A DNA stretch of 29,935 nt, taken from positions 1 to 29,935 of IMG/VR virus record IMGVR_UViG_3300042564_000956; one strand, given 5' to 3'. Below are positions 1-10,556 of this stretch, piece by piece. Source of the stretch: a virus (lineage: Duplodnaviria; Caudoviricetes). Below the pieces are notes generated by a model that was not told where the DNA came from, ran no database searches, and saw nothing but the letters and a program-made list of their open reading frames with translations. Positions within the stretch are counted from its first letter, which is position 1. Each line of letters starts with the position of its first letter. The translations under genes and the position numbers were made by a program.

Positions 1-2
1 AT

Positions 3-3000
3 GGCAATGTTTGGAAAAAACTATTATATGTTCCGGTAACTCTTATTCCTGGACAAGACAGCGGCTTAATCGAACAAGGTGTAATTTCATTATACAAAAA
101 AGATTCAAACAATGTATTCACAATAGTTAATTCTATTGTCAGCCCAACACCCGCTAATTACGAACATTTTGGTTCTAATTTAGTATTTGGTAACAACGTG
201 TTGTATATTGCGGCATCTGGCTATAATGTCAATGCCGGAAAGATTTATAAACTGCAATATACTACTACTGAATATAAGACTGCCTATTACAATCCAGTCG
301 GCAGTTCAGATACTACACTTGCATTATCAAAAGATGTAGGATCAATTGTAAATCCAACTGTTGGTATTTTGCCTGGAATGATTATTAGCGGAGAAGGATT
401 TACCAGCGGCCAAACTGTAGTCGAAGTGTCAAGCAACGGAACAAGTTTAACTATCAGTGCTCCAGCTGACAGTACACCAAGTGGAAAAATTAGTTTTTCA
501 TTAGTAGGCTGGGGATATGATAAAAATCTACCGTCATATGAAGGCACCGTTGCAAATGCTAATTTTGGTAGTACACTGGCAATTAGTTCTGATAATAATA
601 CTTTGGTAATATCGTCAAATAACGGAGAAACGGTTGGAAGAATTCTTATTATTACTAATCCTGGCCCCAACGCTACTCAACAACTTCTAGTAGGAACTAC
701 TACTAGTTTTGGCAATAGCATTTCATTATCATCAGATGCATCTTACTTTGTTATAGGTGATAGTTTAGCATCTGGTAATAAACAATTCCAAGGAAAGGTT
801 ACTGTATACAAAAAAACATCTTCGGGATATACTTCTTATCAAGAACTTGTAAATCACAAAGCAGAAGAGTCTGGATATTTTGGTAGCAGAGTTGCATTTA
901 TGAACGGCAGTAATACTCTTGTAGTTTATAGTTCATACGAAGATACTATCATAAAGACATCGTTGGATCAATATGCAACCACCCTACCAACATTCTCGTA
1001 TATAGATGCTGATGATAACATACTAACATCTACGTATGTAAACGACCCAACATCGGATAGAAACGAACATGCTACTACTTTTGACAAAGATTCTACAAGA
1101 TTTGTTTCGATTAATGTAGATAGCGGCCGAGTTGATATCTATGACAAGTATTTGAATAATTGGGTATACAGTGAAACACTTAATAATACTTTAAAAGTTC
1201 GAGATGGTTATGGAATTGGATTTGCAGTTGGTAACGACAGGGTAATTGTAGGTGCACCTTATGCATTGGATCGTAATTTAATTTCAGGAAAAGTTTTCGA
1301 TTATCTAAAACCTCCTGGCACTAACAGTTGGAAAATTAAGTATCAAGAAGTTGATAAACCTGATGTTAAAAAAATCAGAAAAGCCTTCTTATACAATCGA
1401 GTATCAGGACAGTTATTAACATATCTTGATTTGATTGATGTTGCACAGAATCGTCCAGCCGGTCCTGCCGCGGGAGAAATTAAGTACCAATCATTCTATG
1501 ATCCTGCAATTTATTCTGTGGGAACTGGAAATGTTAATGTTGATGCCGATTCTCCTTGGAACAAATCACAAGTTGGTAGATTATGGTGGGATCTACGTAC
1601 CGCTAAATTTATTAACAGCTACGACTCAGATGTAATGTACCGGACCAACACATGGAATACATTGGCAACTGGTGCAAGTATTGATATCTACGAGTGGATT
1701 GAAACTACATTACTTCCGGAGGCATGGAATAAACTTGCTGATACCGAAGAGGGTATTGCCGCAGGTATCAGTGGAACTTCACTGTATGGAAATAGTGTAT
1801 ACGCACTAAGGCAGCGTTATGATTCTATTAGCCAATCTTTTAGGAATACATATTACTATTGGATTAAGAATAAAAAGACTATTCCTAATGTATCTGGTCG
1901 ACACTTATCGGCACAGGATGTTGCAAGTCTAATAGAGAATCCACGTGGCCAAGGCTATACTTACATGGCACTAACTGGTACTAATTCGTTTAGTCTAGTT
2001 AATTCAAAACAATATTTAAAAGACACTGAAGTTGTACTATCAGTTGAATACTGGACAACTGATAATATTAACACTAATGTACATAGTCAATGGAAAATTA
2101 TTAACAACGATGCTGGTACAGTATTACCTGCTTCAATTGAGTTAAAATGGTTTGACAGTTTGTGTGGAAAAGATCTAGCTGGTAGAGAAATTCCGGATGT
2201 ATCCTTACCTCCAAAATTACGTTATGGTATAGAAAATCGTCCGCGTCAAAGTATGTTTGTTAATCGATTTGAAGCATTAAAACAATTTGTTGAACAAGTT
2301 AATCTAACATTAAAAGACGAGCAAATAGTTACTACTCGTGATATATCCAAGTTAAAACTATACGATACTCCGCCAAGTTTAGTCACAGGGCTTTACGATA
2401 GTACAGAGAATACAGATGCAGAAATCCGATTTGTGAATGTTGGTGCGTATAAACGTCCTATATTTGGAAATCCTATAATTGTCGACGGTAAGATAACCGG
2501 GCTTGATATTCAATTTGCCGGCCGAGGCTATGTACAAGCACCGTATATAAACATTATTGGTTCAGGCATTGGTGCTAAGGTGCGTGCTATTATCAATGCT
2601 GTTGGCCAAATAACTGGAGTAACAGTGCTGTCGCCCGGTGAAGGTTATGATAATAATACCATTGCATCTGTAAGAGATTATTCTGTACTAATATACAGTG
2701 ATAGTCAAGCCCTAGGAGCATGGGCCCTATACAGCTACGAACCAACAGAAAAAGTATGGTCTAGACTACAATCTCAAACTTACAATACACAAAACTATTG
2801 GTATTATATTGACTGGTTTGCCAAGGGATACAGTCAATTTACGGCTGCTGACTATGCAGTTAACACGTTAGCAGAATTAGGTTCTATAACTGTAGAGATA
2901 GGACAAATAGTTAAAATCCGTAATACAAGTTTTGGAAACTGGTTACTTGTAGAAAAGTATGCTAATAATGATTTATTTGATTATACTAGATCGTATAATG

Positions 3001-6000
3001 TTGTTGGAATTGGTAACGGAACAATACAATTTAGTTCGTCTATTTACGAATCTGTTAGTACAGACGAGGGATATGACGGCTCAACATACGACAGTGCTGT
3101 ATTCGATAACTCACCTACAACTGAACTACGTATTATTTTGAATGCATTAAAAGATGATATATTAGTTGATGAATTAAAAGTAAAATATTTAGATTTGTTC
3201 TTTACAACTGTGCGTTATGCACTTAGTGAACAAATATACATTGATTGGATTTTTAAATCAAGTTTTATCAAAGCACGACATAATGTTGGACTCTTAGATC
3301 AGCCAGTCACTTATATAAACGATAATTTAGCTGACTATCAGGAATATATTGCCGAAGTTAAACCTTACAAAACAAAAATTAGAGAATACGTAAGCTCATA
3401 TCAAAATAGAGAATTAAGCAGTTCTTTAATCTCAGATTTTGATGTACCTCCTCGATATAAAAATAATAAAATCATAACAATGGATGCGTATGTAAGTCAA
3501 GGATCGCTAGTGACTCTTGATTCTGCGTTTAATTCATACCCTTGGAAAAATTGGGTTGATAATCTAGGATTTGTTATTACTGAATTAAAGATTATTAACG
3601 GAGGATCCGGATATATCACTGAACCCGTTGTTCGTATTATAAGCGATTCTGGATCTGGAGCTAAAGCCAGGGCATTTTTCTCTAACGGAATAATTAATCG
3701 TATTATTTTATTAACTCCGGGCAGTGGATATTTGTCAGCCCCTACGATTATTATTGACGGCGGTATACTTACAACTGGAACGTCTGCCCAAGTAATTGCA
3801 ATTATAGGAAAAGGTTTACCGAGGTCAAATTTAATTCAAATAAAGTTTGATAGAATAACACAAACTTACTATGTCACACATTTAGAAGAAACTGAAACAT
3901 TTAGTCCTAACGGTGCTCGATTACAGTTTCCTTTAACATGGGCGCCTGATAACACAATTGGCTCGTCAATTGTTACTGTGTCTGGAGTTACTGCATTACG
4001 TGATTCTTATAAGCTATCGGTTGTGTCGACCAAGACTAACGGAAGTACAGCGTATTCAGGATTAATTATATTTGATTCTGCTCCGACTGGCAGTGTCTCT
4101 GTAACTTATAAGAAAAATGCTGCTCTACTAAATGCCGCTGATCGAATTAATTATCTCTACAATCCACAAGAAGGCGATATTGGAAATGATTTAAGTCAGT
4201 TGATGACAGGTATTGATTATGGTGGAGTTGTTGTTACTGGATTAGGATTTGATATAAGCACAGGCTGGGGAGTACTACCTTACTTTACAGACAAATGGGA
4301 TTCAGTTGATTCAACATTTGACGATTACATTGCTGTAGTTAGTGCAGACACACATACTTTTCCATCAAACCCAGCAGATTCTCTACCAACAACATGGCCG
4401 GTTGGATCTGAAATTAATATATATCATACAAAATACGATATAGAAACTCACGAAGCAGTTGCAGGCCAGTTAGTATATTCTTATAATGTAAACAAGAATA
4501 ATCCAACTGTTTCTGTGGTGTATCCTACTACATCAGCCGGCGTCGATTCCAATTACGATTCAGCTACTGTTTATACAACTACAACACTTAAGGTAGTAAA
4601 CACCGCCGGCATTGATGCTGGTATGATTATTATAGGAACGGGATTTACATCTGGCCAAACTGTAATAGAAAGAGTAAACGCAACAACTTTAACTATCAGC
4701 GCCAAAGCCGATAGCGAGCCAAACGGTACATTGCATTTTACCCGCAGTATACGAGGCGGATTCACTGTGCAAATGGCGTCAACAATCGGCATATCAGTTG
4801 GAGACATTATTAAAACTACATCTGTATCAGCATTTGGATACGGGACAGTTGTAACAGAAATTGTAGAAGATGTTGGCGTAATTCTTAATCAAATTATATA
4901 TGAAAATCTTTTACCAGGAACTGCATTAGAATTTAGTCGAGATTTAATAATCCCAACCAATGTTAACATTTACACAGCCGGAATTATTACATTAAAAGAA
5001 CCAGCTGATGTTGGCAGTATAATAAAAATAACTGGAAATCTTGGACCGTTTAGATTAGACGATCCAGACTATGGTACTTCACAACAATCGATTACCACAG
5101 CAGTAGTGACTACGCCGACCTACACTGGCAATATTACACAAACTGTTAGTATACCAAACGATTATGCAATCAACGATAATGACACTATTATCTTACGTAG
5201 AAGTACAAGTGACGGCTCGATTAAATCACAAGATACTGACTATGATACTGCATTAAGTGGCGGAGAGTTCACCGGCAACTATAGCACTGGCATCTTTACC
5301 AGTGCAACTGGCATATTATCAGATGATATTATTTTAGATGGTGATGATTTAATTTCGCCAACAACTAGTCCAGCACCTGAAGAAGTGGTACCTGGACAAG
5401 TAGTTGATGCAGTTGCTATTAAAGTATACGACCAACCACCATCCGGTGCTGCTAATATTATGGTAGACAATTTTATTGCAGACGGTGACACCACAACATT
5501 TAAATTATCGCTCCAGCCAAATACTGCCGAAGCAGTGATAGTACGTAAAGGAACAGATTTACAAACTAGTGGAACAGATTATACTATTGATTATAGAAAT
5601 AGACAAGTTATATTTGATATTGCACCAGCTGCTGAAACAATAATAACAACCTACACCATTGGATTCAGCGGAAGTAATATATTGGATATTGACTATTTTG
5701 TGGGAGACGGTACAACCCAGGAATTTATTACTAGAGCACCTTGGTTAGAATCTACAACTGCATTGATTTATGTTGACGGAATTCCAGTCACTCCTGATAT
5801 ATTCAAAACTGATAACACTTATAACAGTGTTAATCGCGTGGCTATGAGATTTGGAGTTGCTCCTGAGGCTGGAGCATTGTTAAGTTTTATTATTGTTGCA
5901 GGTGATCAACAATCGTTTGCTGTGACAAAAACTGAACGAATAGTTACCAACGGATCCAGTGTATACTCTCTAGAATATAAAATTGGAGATGCACTGCCTA

Positions 6001-7757
6001 ACGAATCAAATATGGTGGTTCGTGTTAATAATACTATTGTCGCAGGCCCAGTTAATAGTTATTTTACAATTTCAAATAATCGATTAAATTATACAATTGA
6101 TCCAACAAAAGTAATCCCATACTCAACTGCAATTACTAATATTTTTGTTTATGTCGGCAGTACACGATTAAATCTTGGATCAGATTATACAATTGATTTG
6201 GGTGGTATAACTGTTAAAATTAATAAATTAATTTATTCTCAATATGCAAAACAAACTTTAGTAGTAAGTGTTACTGCCGATCAAGGTTATTCGTACAGCC
6301 CGGCTGAAAATCAAATTACATTTACTGAATCATATTCTAATTTAGATGTTGTAGAAGTTATTAGTTCTTATAAACATGATATTTTAGACATTGAAAGAAC
6401 AATGTTAACAGTGTCTTCTAATCTTTCATTAACACCTGATTCTGTTGAATACTATTCTTATAAAGGAATTACTAACGGAACATTAGTATTAGATCGTGCT
6501 GTTATCAGTGATAGCTACGTATGGGTCATTCAAAATGAAACTATACTTGTTCCTAGCGTAGATTATAAATTAAATGAAGGCCGTACAAGCATACAGCTTA
6601 CTGTCGAACCTTCGATTGATGATAAAATCACATTAATGACATTTGGCAGTAATATATTAATGGCTGGTATTTCTTATATGCAATTTAAAGATATGCTGAA
6701 TCGTGTACATTACAAACGCCTAAGCCTAAACAAACGAACAGTATTAGTAACTGATTTAAAATTTAATGACAGAACTATCGAAGTCGAAAACGCTGATAGT
6801 TTTGATAAACCTAACACACTTAAAAATAAACCAGGTATTATTGAAATTCGAGGCGAACGAATTGAGTTTTACGGACTAGACGGTAATGTATTAAGTAAAT
6901 TACGTCGAGGAACTTTAGGAACAGGAACGCCAATAGTACACAAAGCTGGTACGTATGTTCAGGAAATAGGCCCGACAGAATCTATACCATATGTTGATTC
7001 GTCAATGGTTGAGCAAGTAATATCGGACGGAGAAAGTATTGTCATTCCGTTGAATTTTGTACCTGCTAAATCCAGCATTGAACAGTGGTTTACTAATTTT
7101 GGATTTACACTAACAGGAAATTATAATATTGCAGGCGGTTATAATGCAAACGATGTTGTAATCTACAATAGTTTATATTACGTAAACGTAAAATCTTATG
7201 TATTCAACTCCATTGTAACTATACTTCCGACAAACACAACCTATTGGAAATTGTACGACACTACAATACCTGTGGGATACGGCCAGTGTGATGAAATTGA
7301 AGTATTTGTTGGCGGCTATGATACTAGCGTAAATTGGCTACCTAATGTAACATATCTTCCTGGTATAATAGTAACATTAGGTAGTTATACATATAAATGT
7401 ATGACTGAACACACTAGTACAAGTAATTTTAAAAATGATATCACTAACTGGACGTTCTTTGTTGGAAATATCAGATTAAAAAAATCTCCGTACGAGATGC
7501 ATAACGAAAACAACGCACCAAATAGTCCTCTTGGAGATATTAAATTAGATGCGGAATTTTCAGTTGATGGCACATCTTCTGCGATTCGATTGACACACAA
7601 GCTATCTTTTGGAACCCGTATTACAATTATTAAACGTAATGGAATTGATTGGGATAGCAAGACTAACATTCAATACGATAACAGCAAGATTGCCGAGTTT
7701 TTAAGAGCAACTCCGGGTACTTGGTACGCTGAAAATGCTATCCCCGATGTGCAATAA
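3..7757 (+). CDS. Giant virion structural protein, probably baseplate wedge/hub (5'-truncated, >2580 aa)
   Basis: The frame of the 198..7757 ORF is open back to position 3 (GNVWKKLLYVP...EHFGSNLVFGNNV), so the gene starts before the window. It has FG-GAP-like blades (FGSTLAIS, FGNSISLS, FGSRVAF, YGIGFAVG..VIVGAP), GxGY..P repeats typical of T4-like virion proteins, GDGxT/DYTID repeats and C-terminal CBM-like modules. It lies just upstream of tail genes. Confidence 0.75.
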   Translation, partial: GNVWKKLLYVPVTLIPGQDSGLIEQGVISLYKKDSNNVFTIVNSIVSPTPANYEHFGSNLVFGNNVLYIAASGYNVNAGKIYKLQYTTTEYKTAYYNPVGSSDTTLALSKDVGSIVNPTVGILPGMIISGEGFTSGQTVVEVSSNGTSLTISAPADSTPSGKISFSLVGWGYDKNLPSYEGTVANANFGSTLAISSDNNTLVISSNNGETVGRILIITNPGPNATQQLLVGTTTSFGNSISLSSDASYFVIGDSLASGNKQFQGKVTVYKKTSSGYTSYQELVNHKAEESGYFGSRVAFMNGSNTLVVYSSYEDTIIKTSLDQYATTLPTFSYIDADDNILTSTYVNDPTSDRNEHATTFDKDSTRFVSINVDSGRVDIYDKYLNNWVYSETLNNTLKVRDGYGIGFAVGNDRVIVGAPYALDRNLISGKVFDYLKPPGTNSWKIKYQEVDKPDVKKIRKAFLYNRVSGQLLTYLDLIDVAQNRPAGPAAGEIKYQSFYDPAIYSVGTGNVNVDADSPWNKSQVGRLWWDLRTAKFINSYDSDVMYRTNTWNTLATGASIDIYEWIETTLLPEAWNKLADTEEGIAAGISGTSLYGNSVYALRQRYDSISQSFRNTYYYWIKNKKTIPNVSGRHLSAQDVASLIENPRGQGYTYMALTGTNSFSLVNSKQYLKDTEVVLSVEYWTTDNINTNVHSQWKIINNDAGTVLPASIELKWFDSLCGKDLAGREIPDVSLPPKLRYGIENRPRQSMFVNRFEALKQFVEQVNLTLKDEQIVTTRDISKLKLYDTPPSLVTGLYDSTENTDAEIRFVNVGAYKRPIFGNPIIVDGKITGLDIQFAGRGYVQAPYINIIGSGIGAKVRAIINAVGQITGVTVLSPGEGYDNNTIASVRDYSVLIYSDSQALGAWALYSYEPTEKVWSRLQSQTYNTQNYWYYIDWFAKGYSQFTAADYAVNTLAELGSITVEIGQIVKIRNTSFGNWLLVEKYANNDLFDYTRSYNVVGIGNGTIQFSSSIYESVSTDEGYDGSTYDSAVFDNSPTTELRIILNALKDDILVDELKVKYLDLFFTTVRYALSEQIYIDWIFKSSFIKARHNVGLLDQPVTYINDNLADYQEYIAEVKPYKTKIREYVSSYQNRELSSSLISDFDVPPRYKNNKIITMDAYVSQGSLVTLDSAFNSYPWKNWVDNLGFVITELKIINGGSGYITEPVVRIISDSGSGAKARAFFSNGIINRIILLTPGSGYLSAPTIIIDGGILTTGTSAQVIAIIGKGLPRSNLIQIKFDRITQTYYVTHLEETETFSPNGARLQFPLTWAPDNTIGSSIVTVSGVTALRDSYKLSVVSTKTNGSTAYSGLIIFDSAPTGSVSVTYKKNAALLNAADRINYLYNPQEGDIGNDLSQLMTGIDYGGVVVTGLGFDISTGWGVLPYFTDKWDSVDSTFDDYIAVVSADTHTFPSNPADSLPTTWPVGSEINIYHTKYDIETHEAVAGQLVYSYNVNKNNPTVSVVYPTTSAGVDSNYDSATVYTTTTLKVVNTAGIDAGMIIIGTGFTSGQTVIERVNATTLTISAKADSEPNGTLHFTRSIRGGFTVQMASTIGISVGDIIKTTSVSAFGYGTVVTEIVEDVGVILNQIIYENLLPGTALEFSRDLIIPTNVNIYTAGIITLKEPADVGSIIKITGNLGPFRLDDPDYGTSQQSITTAVVTTPTYTGNITQTVSIPNDYAINDNDTIILRRSTSDGSIKSQDTDYDTALSGGEFTGNYSTGIFTSATGILSDDIILDGDDLISPTTSPAPEEVVPGQVVDAVAIKVYDQPPSGAANIMVDNFIADGDTTTFKLSLQPNTAEAVIVRKGTDLQTSGTDYTIDYRNRQVIFDIAPAAETIITTYTIGFSGSNILDIDYFVGDGTTQEFITRAPWLESTTALIYVDGIPVTPDIFKTDNTYNSVNRVAMRFGVAPEAGALLSFIIVAGDQQSFAVTKTERIVTNGSSVYSLEYKIGDALPNESNMVVRVNNTIVAGPVNSYFTISNNRLNYTIDPTKVIPYSTAITNIFVYVGSTRLNLGSDYTIDLGGITVKINKLIYSQYAKQTLVVSVTADQGYSYSPAENQITFTESYSNLDVVEVISSYKHDILDIERTMLTVSSNLSLTPDSVEYYSYKGITNGTLVLDRAVISDSYVWVIQNETILVPSVDYKLNEGRTSIQLTVEPSIDDKITLMTFGSNILMAGISYMQFKDMLNRVHYKRLSLNKRTVLVTDLKFNDRTIEVENADSFDKPNTLKNKPGIIEIRGERIEFYGLDGNVLSKLRRGTLGTGTPIVHKAGTYVQEIGPTESIPYVDSSMVEQVISDGESIVIPLNFVPAKSSIEQWFTNFGFTLTGNYNIAGGYNANDVVIYNSLYYVNVKSYVFNSIVTILPTNTTYWKLYDTTIPVGYGQCDEIEVFVGGYDTSVNWLPNVTYLPGIIVTLGSYTYKCMTEHTSTSNFKNDITNWTFFVGNIRLKKSPYEMHNENNAPNSPLGDIKLDAEFSVDGTSSAIRLTHKLSFGTRITIIKRNGIDWDSKTNIQYDNSKIAEFLRATPGTWYAENAIPDVQ
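372..500 (+). repeat. Intragenic ~45-aa module, copy 1 (copy 2 at ~4615-4740)
   Basis: PGMIISGEGFTSGQTVVEVSSNGTSLTISAPADSTPSGKISF versus AGMIIIGTGFTSGQTVIERVNATTLTISAKADSEPNGTLHF; similarity is also visible in the DNA. Confidence 0.85.
4615..4740 (+). repeat. Intragenic ~45-aa module, copy 2
   Basis: Shares GMII.G.GFTSGQTV and TISA.ADS.P.G with copy 1 at ~372-500. Confidence 0.85.
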
Positions 7758-7776
7758 ACTAGCACATTATATAAAC

Positions 7777-7786
7777 GAATAAATAC
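7777..7786 (+). promoter_or_regulatory. Putative phage late promoter GAATAAATAC
   Basis: The identical 10-mer occurs at 12233-12242; both sit about 20 nt before a structural-gene ATG in short intergenic gaps and resemble the T4 late consensus TATAAATA. Confidence 0.6.
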
Positions 7787-7805
7787 ACGATAAAGAGAGA
7801 TCATT

Positions 7806-8420
7806 ATGCAGAGTCAAGAAACAACTGGAATCCACATAGAAGGGCACATTAAAATTTATAACCCGGAATCTGGGGAAATTTTTATTAATAAACGTAATGC
7901 CATTCATTATGAAAACATCAGTATTGCCCTAGCCAACAGTCTTGCCGATAGCGGCAACGGATTTGTTTACGAAATGGCTTTTGGCAATGGCGGCACCGCA
8001 ATCGATCCTACTGGAATTATTACATATTTGACTCCAAATAGCTCGGGATCAAATGCAAGTTTATACAATCAAACATATTCCAAAGTTGTGAATCAAAATT
8101 CCAGCAACAACTTGGATCCTAGTAGGAATTATATCGAAGTGAGGCACGTAACTGGCACCAATTACAGTGATTTATTTGTTACATGTTTGTTAGACTACGG
8201 CGACGGCAACAGTTCAGGACAACTAGCTTTTGATAATGCAACTGCTACTAATGGCACATTTGTGTTTGATGAATTGGGATTAAAGAGCTTTAGCAGCACT
8301 GGTAATAGTTTGTTACTGACACATGTGGTATTTCACCCTGTACAAAAGAGCCTAAACAGACTTATTCAAATTGATTACACTGTACGTATCCAGAGCTTAA
8401 CCGGCTTGGTTGGAGTTTAA
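7806..8420 (+). CDS. Virion structural protein (baseplate/tail-associated), 204 aa
   Basis: Located between the giant structural gene and the fibre genes. Its N-terminal GHIKI..KRNAI and C-terminal FDELGL..LLTHVVFHPVQK..IDYTVRI pattern resembles phage baseplate/tail-fibre attachment domains. Confidence 0.6.
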   Translation: MQSQETTGIHIEGHIKIYNPESGEIFINKRNAIHYENISIALANSLADSGNGFVYEMAFGNGGTAIDPTGIITYLTPNSSGSNASLYNQTYSKVVNQNSSNNLDPSRNYIEVRHVTGTNYSDLFVTCLLDYGDGNSSGQLAFDNATATNGTFVFDELGLKSFSSTGNSLLLTHVVFHPVQKSLNRLIQIDYTVRIQSLTGLVGV

Positions 8421-8423
8421 CAA

Positions 8424-10556
8424 ATGGCCTATCAAGTTACTTTTACTGATGCAACTAATCCTGCCAAACCAAGCATCACAGTTGAAGATCAAGCACTTAA
8501 CACACAAACAAGTTTAAATTTTGTAGGTAAGAATTATGCTGGATACGCTCCTGAAATTGCAAAAAGTTTTTTGCACTTATTAGAAAATTTTGCAAATAAT
8601 AATCCTCCGAGCAATCCTGTTGAAGGCCAACTGTGGTATGATAACAGTACAGGTGTAAGTTTATTAAAAGTATTCGACGGAACTATTTGGACAGCAGCCG
8701 GATCAATTAAGAAAGCAGGAACAGTGCCAGCTGCCGCAAACAGTAATCCTGGAGACCTGTGGGTTGATACTACAACAGCACAATTATATGTATTTTCAGG
8801 TAGCAATTGGTTATTAGTAGGGCCACAATTTAGTTCAGGTAAATTAACAGGCCCGGTGATCGATACTATTGTTGATACTGATAACGTATCTCATAGTGTT
8901 ATTAGTTTGTATGCAAATGATTATCAAATAGCAATCATCAGCAAGGAAACATTTACACCAAAGTCAACGGTCACAGGGTTTTCGACAATCAATCAAGGAT
9001 TTAATCTCAGTTCAACTGATTCAACAAATACTAATTCGCTATCTAGAATTTGGGGAACAGCCGAAAAGGCAGATGCTTTATTAGTAGGAACCACTACAGT
9101 ACCCGCTGCAAATTTTTTAAGAACAGATATATCCAGCGTTACCAATTATCCAATAAGCATACGTGCAGATGGTGGTATTACTGTTGGTAGCAATTTAAAC
9201 TTTAACATTGGTTCAGGTTCTGATGGTACAAGTACTGTGTTATATTCCAAAGCCAGTGGAAATAGTGTTAGTTTTAGATTAAATGACAATAACACTCCTA
9301 TCACAGTATTACATCTTGCCGCAAATTCTAGAGTAGGTATTGGTACAAATAATACCTCTCCTGCTTCAACATTAGATGTTTCTGGACTCATCACCACAAG
9401 CGGCGGCATAAACGTCACATCAGAAGATGATTCATTATCCACAACTACTGGTAGTATTATTACTGCTGGTGGACTTGCAGTGAGTAAAAAAACCACATTG
9501 GGAGACGATGTTACAATAAACGGCCAATTACATTTAAATTGGATTGATAGCAATACTAGCTTGCCCTTACCAGGCCCAGCTTTATTACCAAGCACTACTA
9601 ATATATACGATATTGGTACTTCAGCAAAATCATTTAGAAACATTTACGCACAGTCATTTGTGGGTAATTTTACAGGAACGTTCACAGGAACGCTAGAAGG
9701 TAGCATCAGCGGCTCAGCTGCTCGTCTAGCCAGCCCGACCGTGTTTAGTTTAGCAGGCGATGTTACAAGTGATCCTGTGAGTTTTACTGGACAGAGTACA
9801 TTTGGTACTGCAATTTTTAATACAACACTTAGTCAGAACTTTATCAGTAACAAAAATCCTGCAACAGATTCTTTGGCTACTGATCAAATGTTAATATATC
9901 GAGTAGGAGAGTCTAACTTATCTCGAATGACAAAGGATGTGTTTCTCAAACATGTGGCAACCGTGCCGGTGGGAGTAATATTTCCGTTTGCTGGTAATGT
10001 GGTACCGACTGGATATTTATTATGCGATGGAAGTGAAGTAAGAACCGCTGACTATCCTGTATTGTATAGCGTCATTGGATACACTTACAAAGCAGCTATA
10101 TCTTTACAAGGATATGCAACATTTGCATTGCCAGATTTTAGAGGAAGATTTCCCCTGGGCCGTGACAACATGAATAACGGCGGCGTTGTATCGAGCAAAG
10201 ATGATATTGGAATACAAATTAGCGGCCAACCAGAAGCAGCCGCTAACAGAGTTACCGATGTTACTGCGGATTTGATTGGAACAGGTTCAGGTAGCCAAGC
10301 TGTTGCATTAACTACGTCGAATCTTCCGGATCACAAACATAATTTAAGTAGTGCGACTGCCCAATACTATGCAGCGGGTCTGCCTGGTGGAGTAAGTGAT
10401 ACAAGCGCAGTTCCTGGATTAGGATTACCAAATATAAGCACTGGATCTGGTTTACCTAATAGCGGAAGTGTTATTGCGGGACAATTGGGAACTGCGGTTA
10501 ATGTTATGAATCCGTACACAACTATAAATTATATAATCTTTACGGGTGTCATATAA
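8424..10556 (+). CDS. Tail fibre/baseplate protein with C-terminal tail collar domain, 710 aa
   Basis: Collar signature VPVGVIFPFAG..VPTGYLLCDGSEV...YPVLYSVIG...FALPDFRGRFPLG ending MNPYTTINYII. The N-terminus is shared with the next two ORFs; the protein is S/T/G-rich. Confidence 0.8.
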   Translation: MAYQVTFTDATNPAKPSITVEDQALNTQTSLNFVGKNYAGYAPEIAKSFLHLLENFANNNPPSNPVEGQLWYDNSTGVSLLKVFDGTIWTAAGSIKKAGTVPAAANSNPGDLWVDTTTAQLYVFSGSNWLLVGPQFSSGKLTGPVIDTIVDTDNVSHSVISLYANDYQIAIISKETFTPKSTVTGFSTINQGFNLSSTDSTNTNSLSRIWGTAEKADALLVGTTTVPAANFLRTDISSVTNYPISIRADGGITVGSNLNFNIGSGSDGTSTVLYSKASGNSVSFRLNDNNTPITVLHLAANSRVGIGTNNTSPASTLDVSGLITTSGGINVTSEDDSLSTTTGSIITAGGLAVSKKTTLGDDVTINGQLHLNWIDSNTSLPLPGPALLPSTTNIYDIGTSAKSFRNIYAQSFVGNFTGTFTGTLEGSISGSAARLASPTVFSLAGDVTSDPVSFTGQSTFGTAIFNTTLSQNFISNKNPATDSLATDQMLIYRVGESNLSRMTKDVFLKHVATVPVGVIFPFAGNVVPTGYLLCDGSEVRTADYPVLYSVIGYTYKAAISLQGYATFALPDFRGRFPLGRDNMNNGGVVSSKDDIGIQISGQPEAAANRVTDVTADLIGTGSGSQAVALTTSNLPDHKHNLSSATAQYYAAGLPGGVSDTSAVPGLGLPNISTGSGLPNSGSVIAGQLGTAVNVMNPYTTINYIIFTGVI

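Noticed and set aside
198-200. TTG at 198 as the start of the giant gene
   Set aside because: The frame is open to position 3 and an FG-GAP blade spans this point, so the real start is outside the window.
9960-10556. Microcystin-dependent protein or diversity-generating retroelement target
   Set aside because: The motif is the ordinary tail collar domain; I saw no reverse transcriptase or near-identical template repeat.
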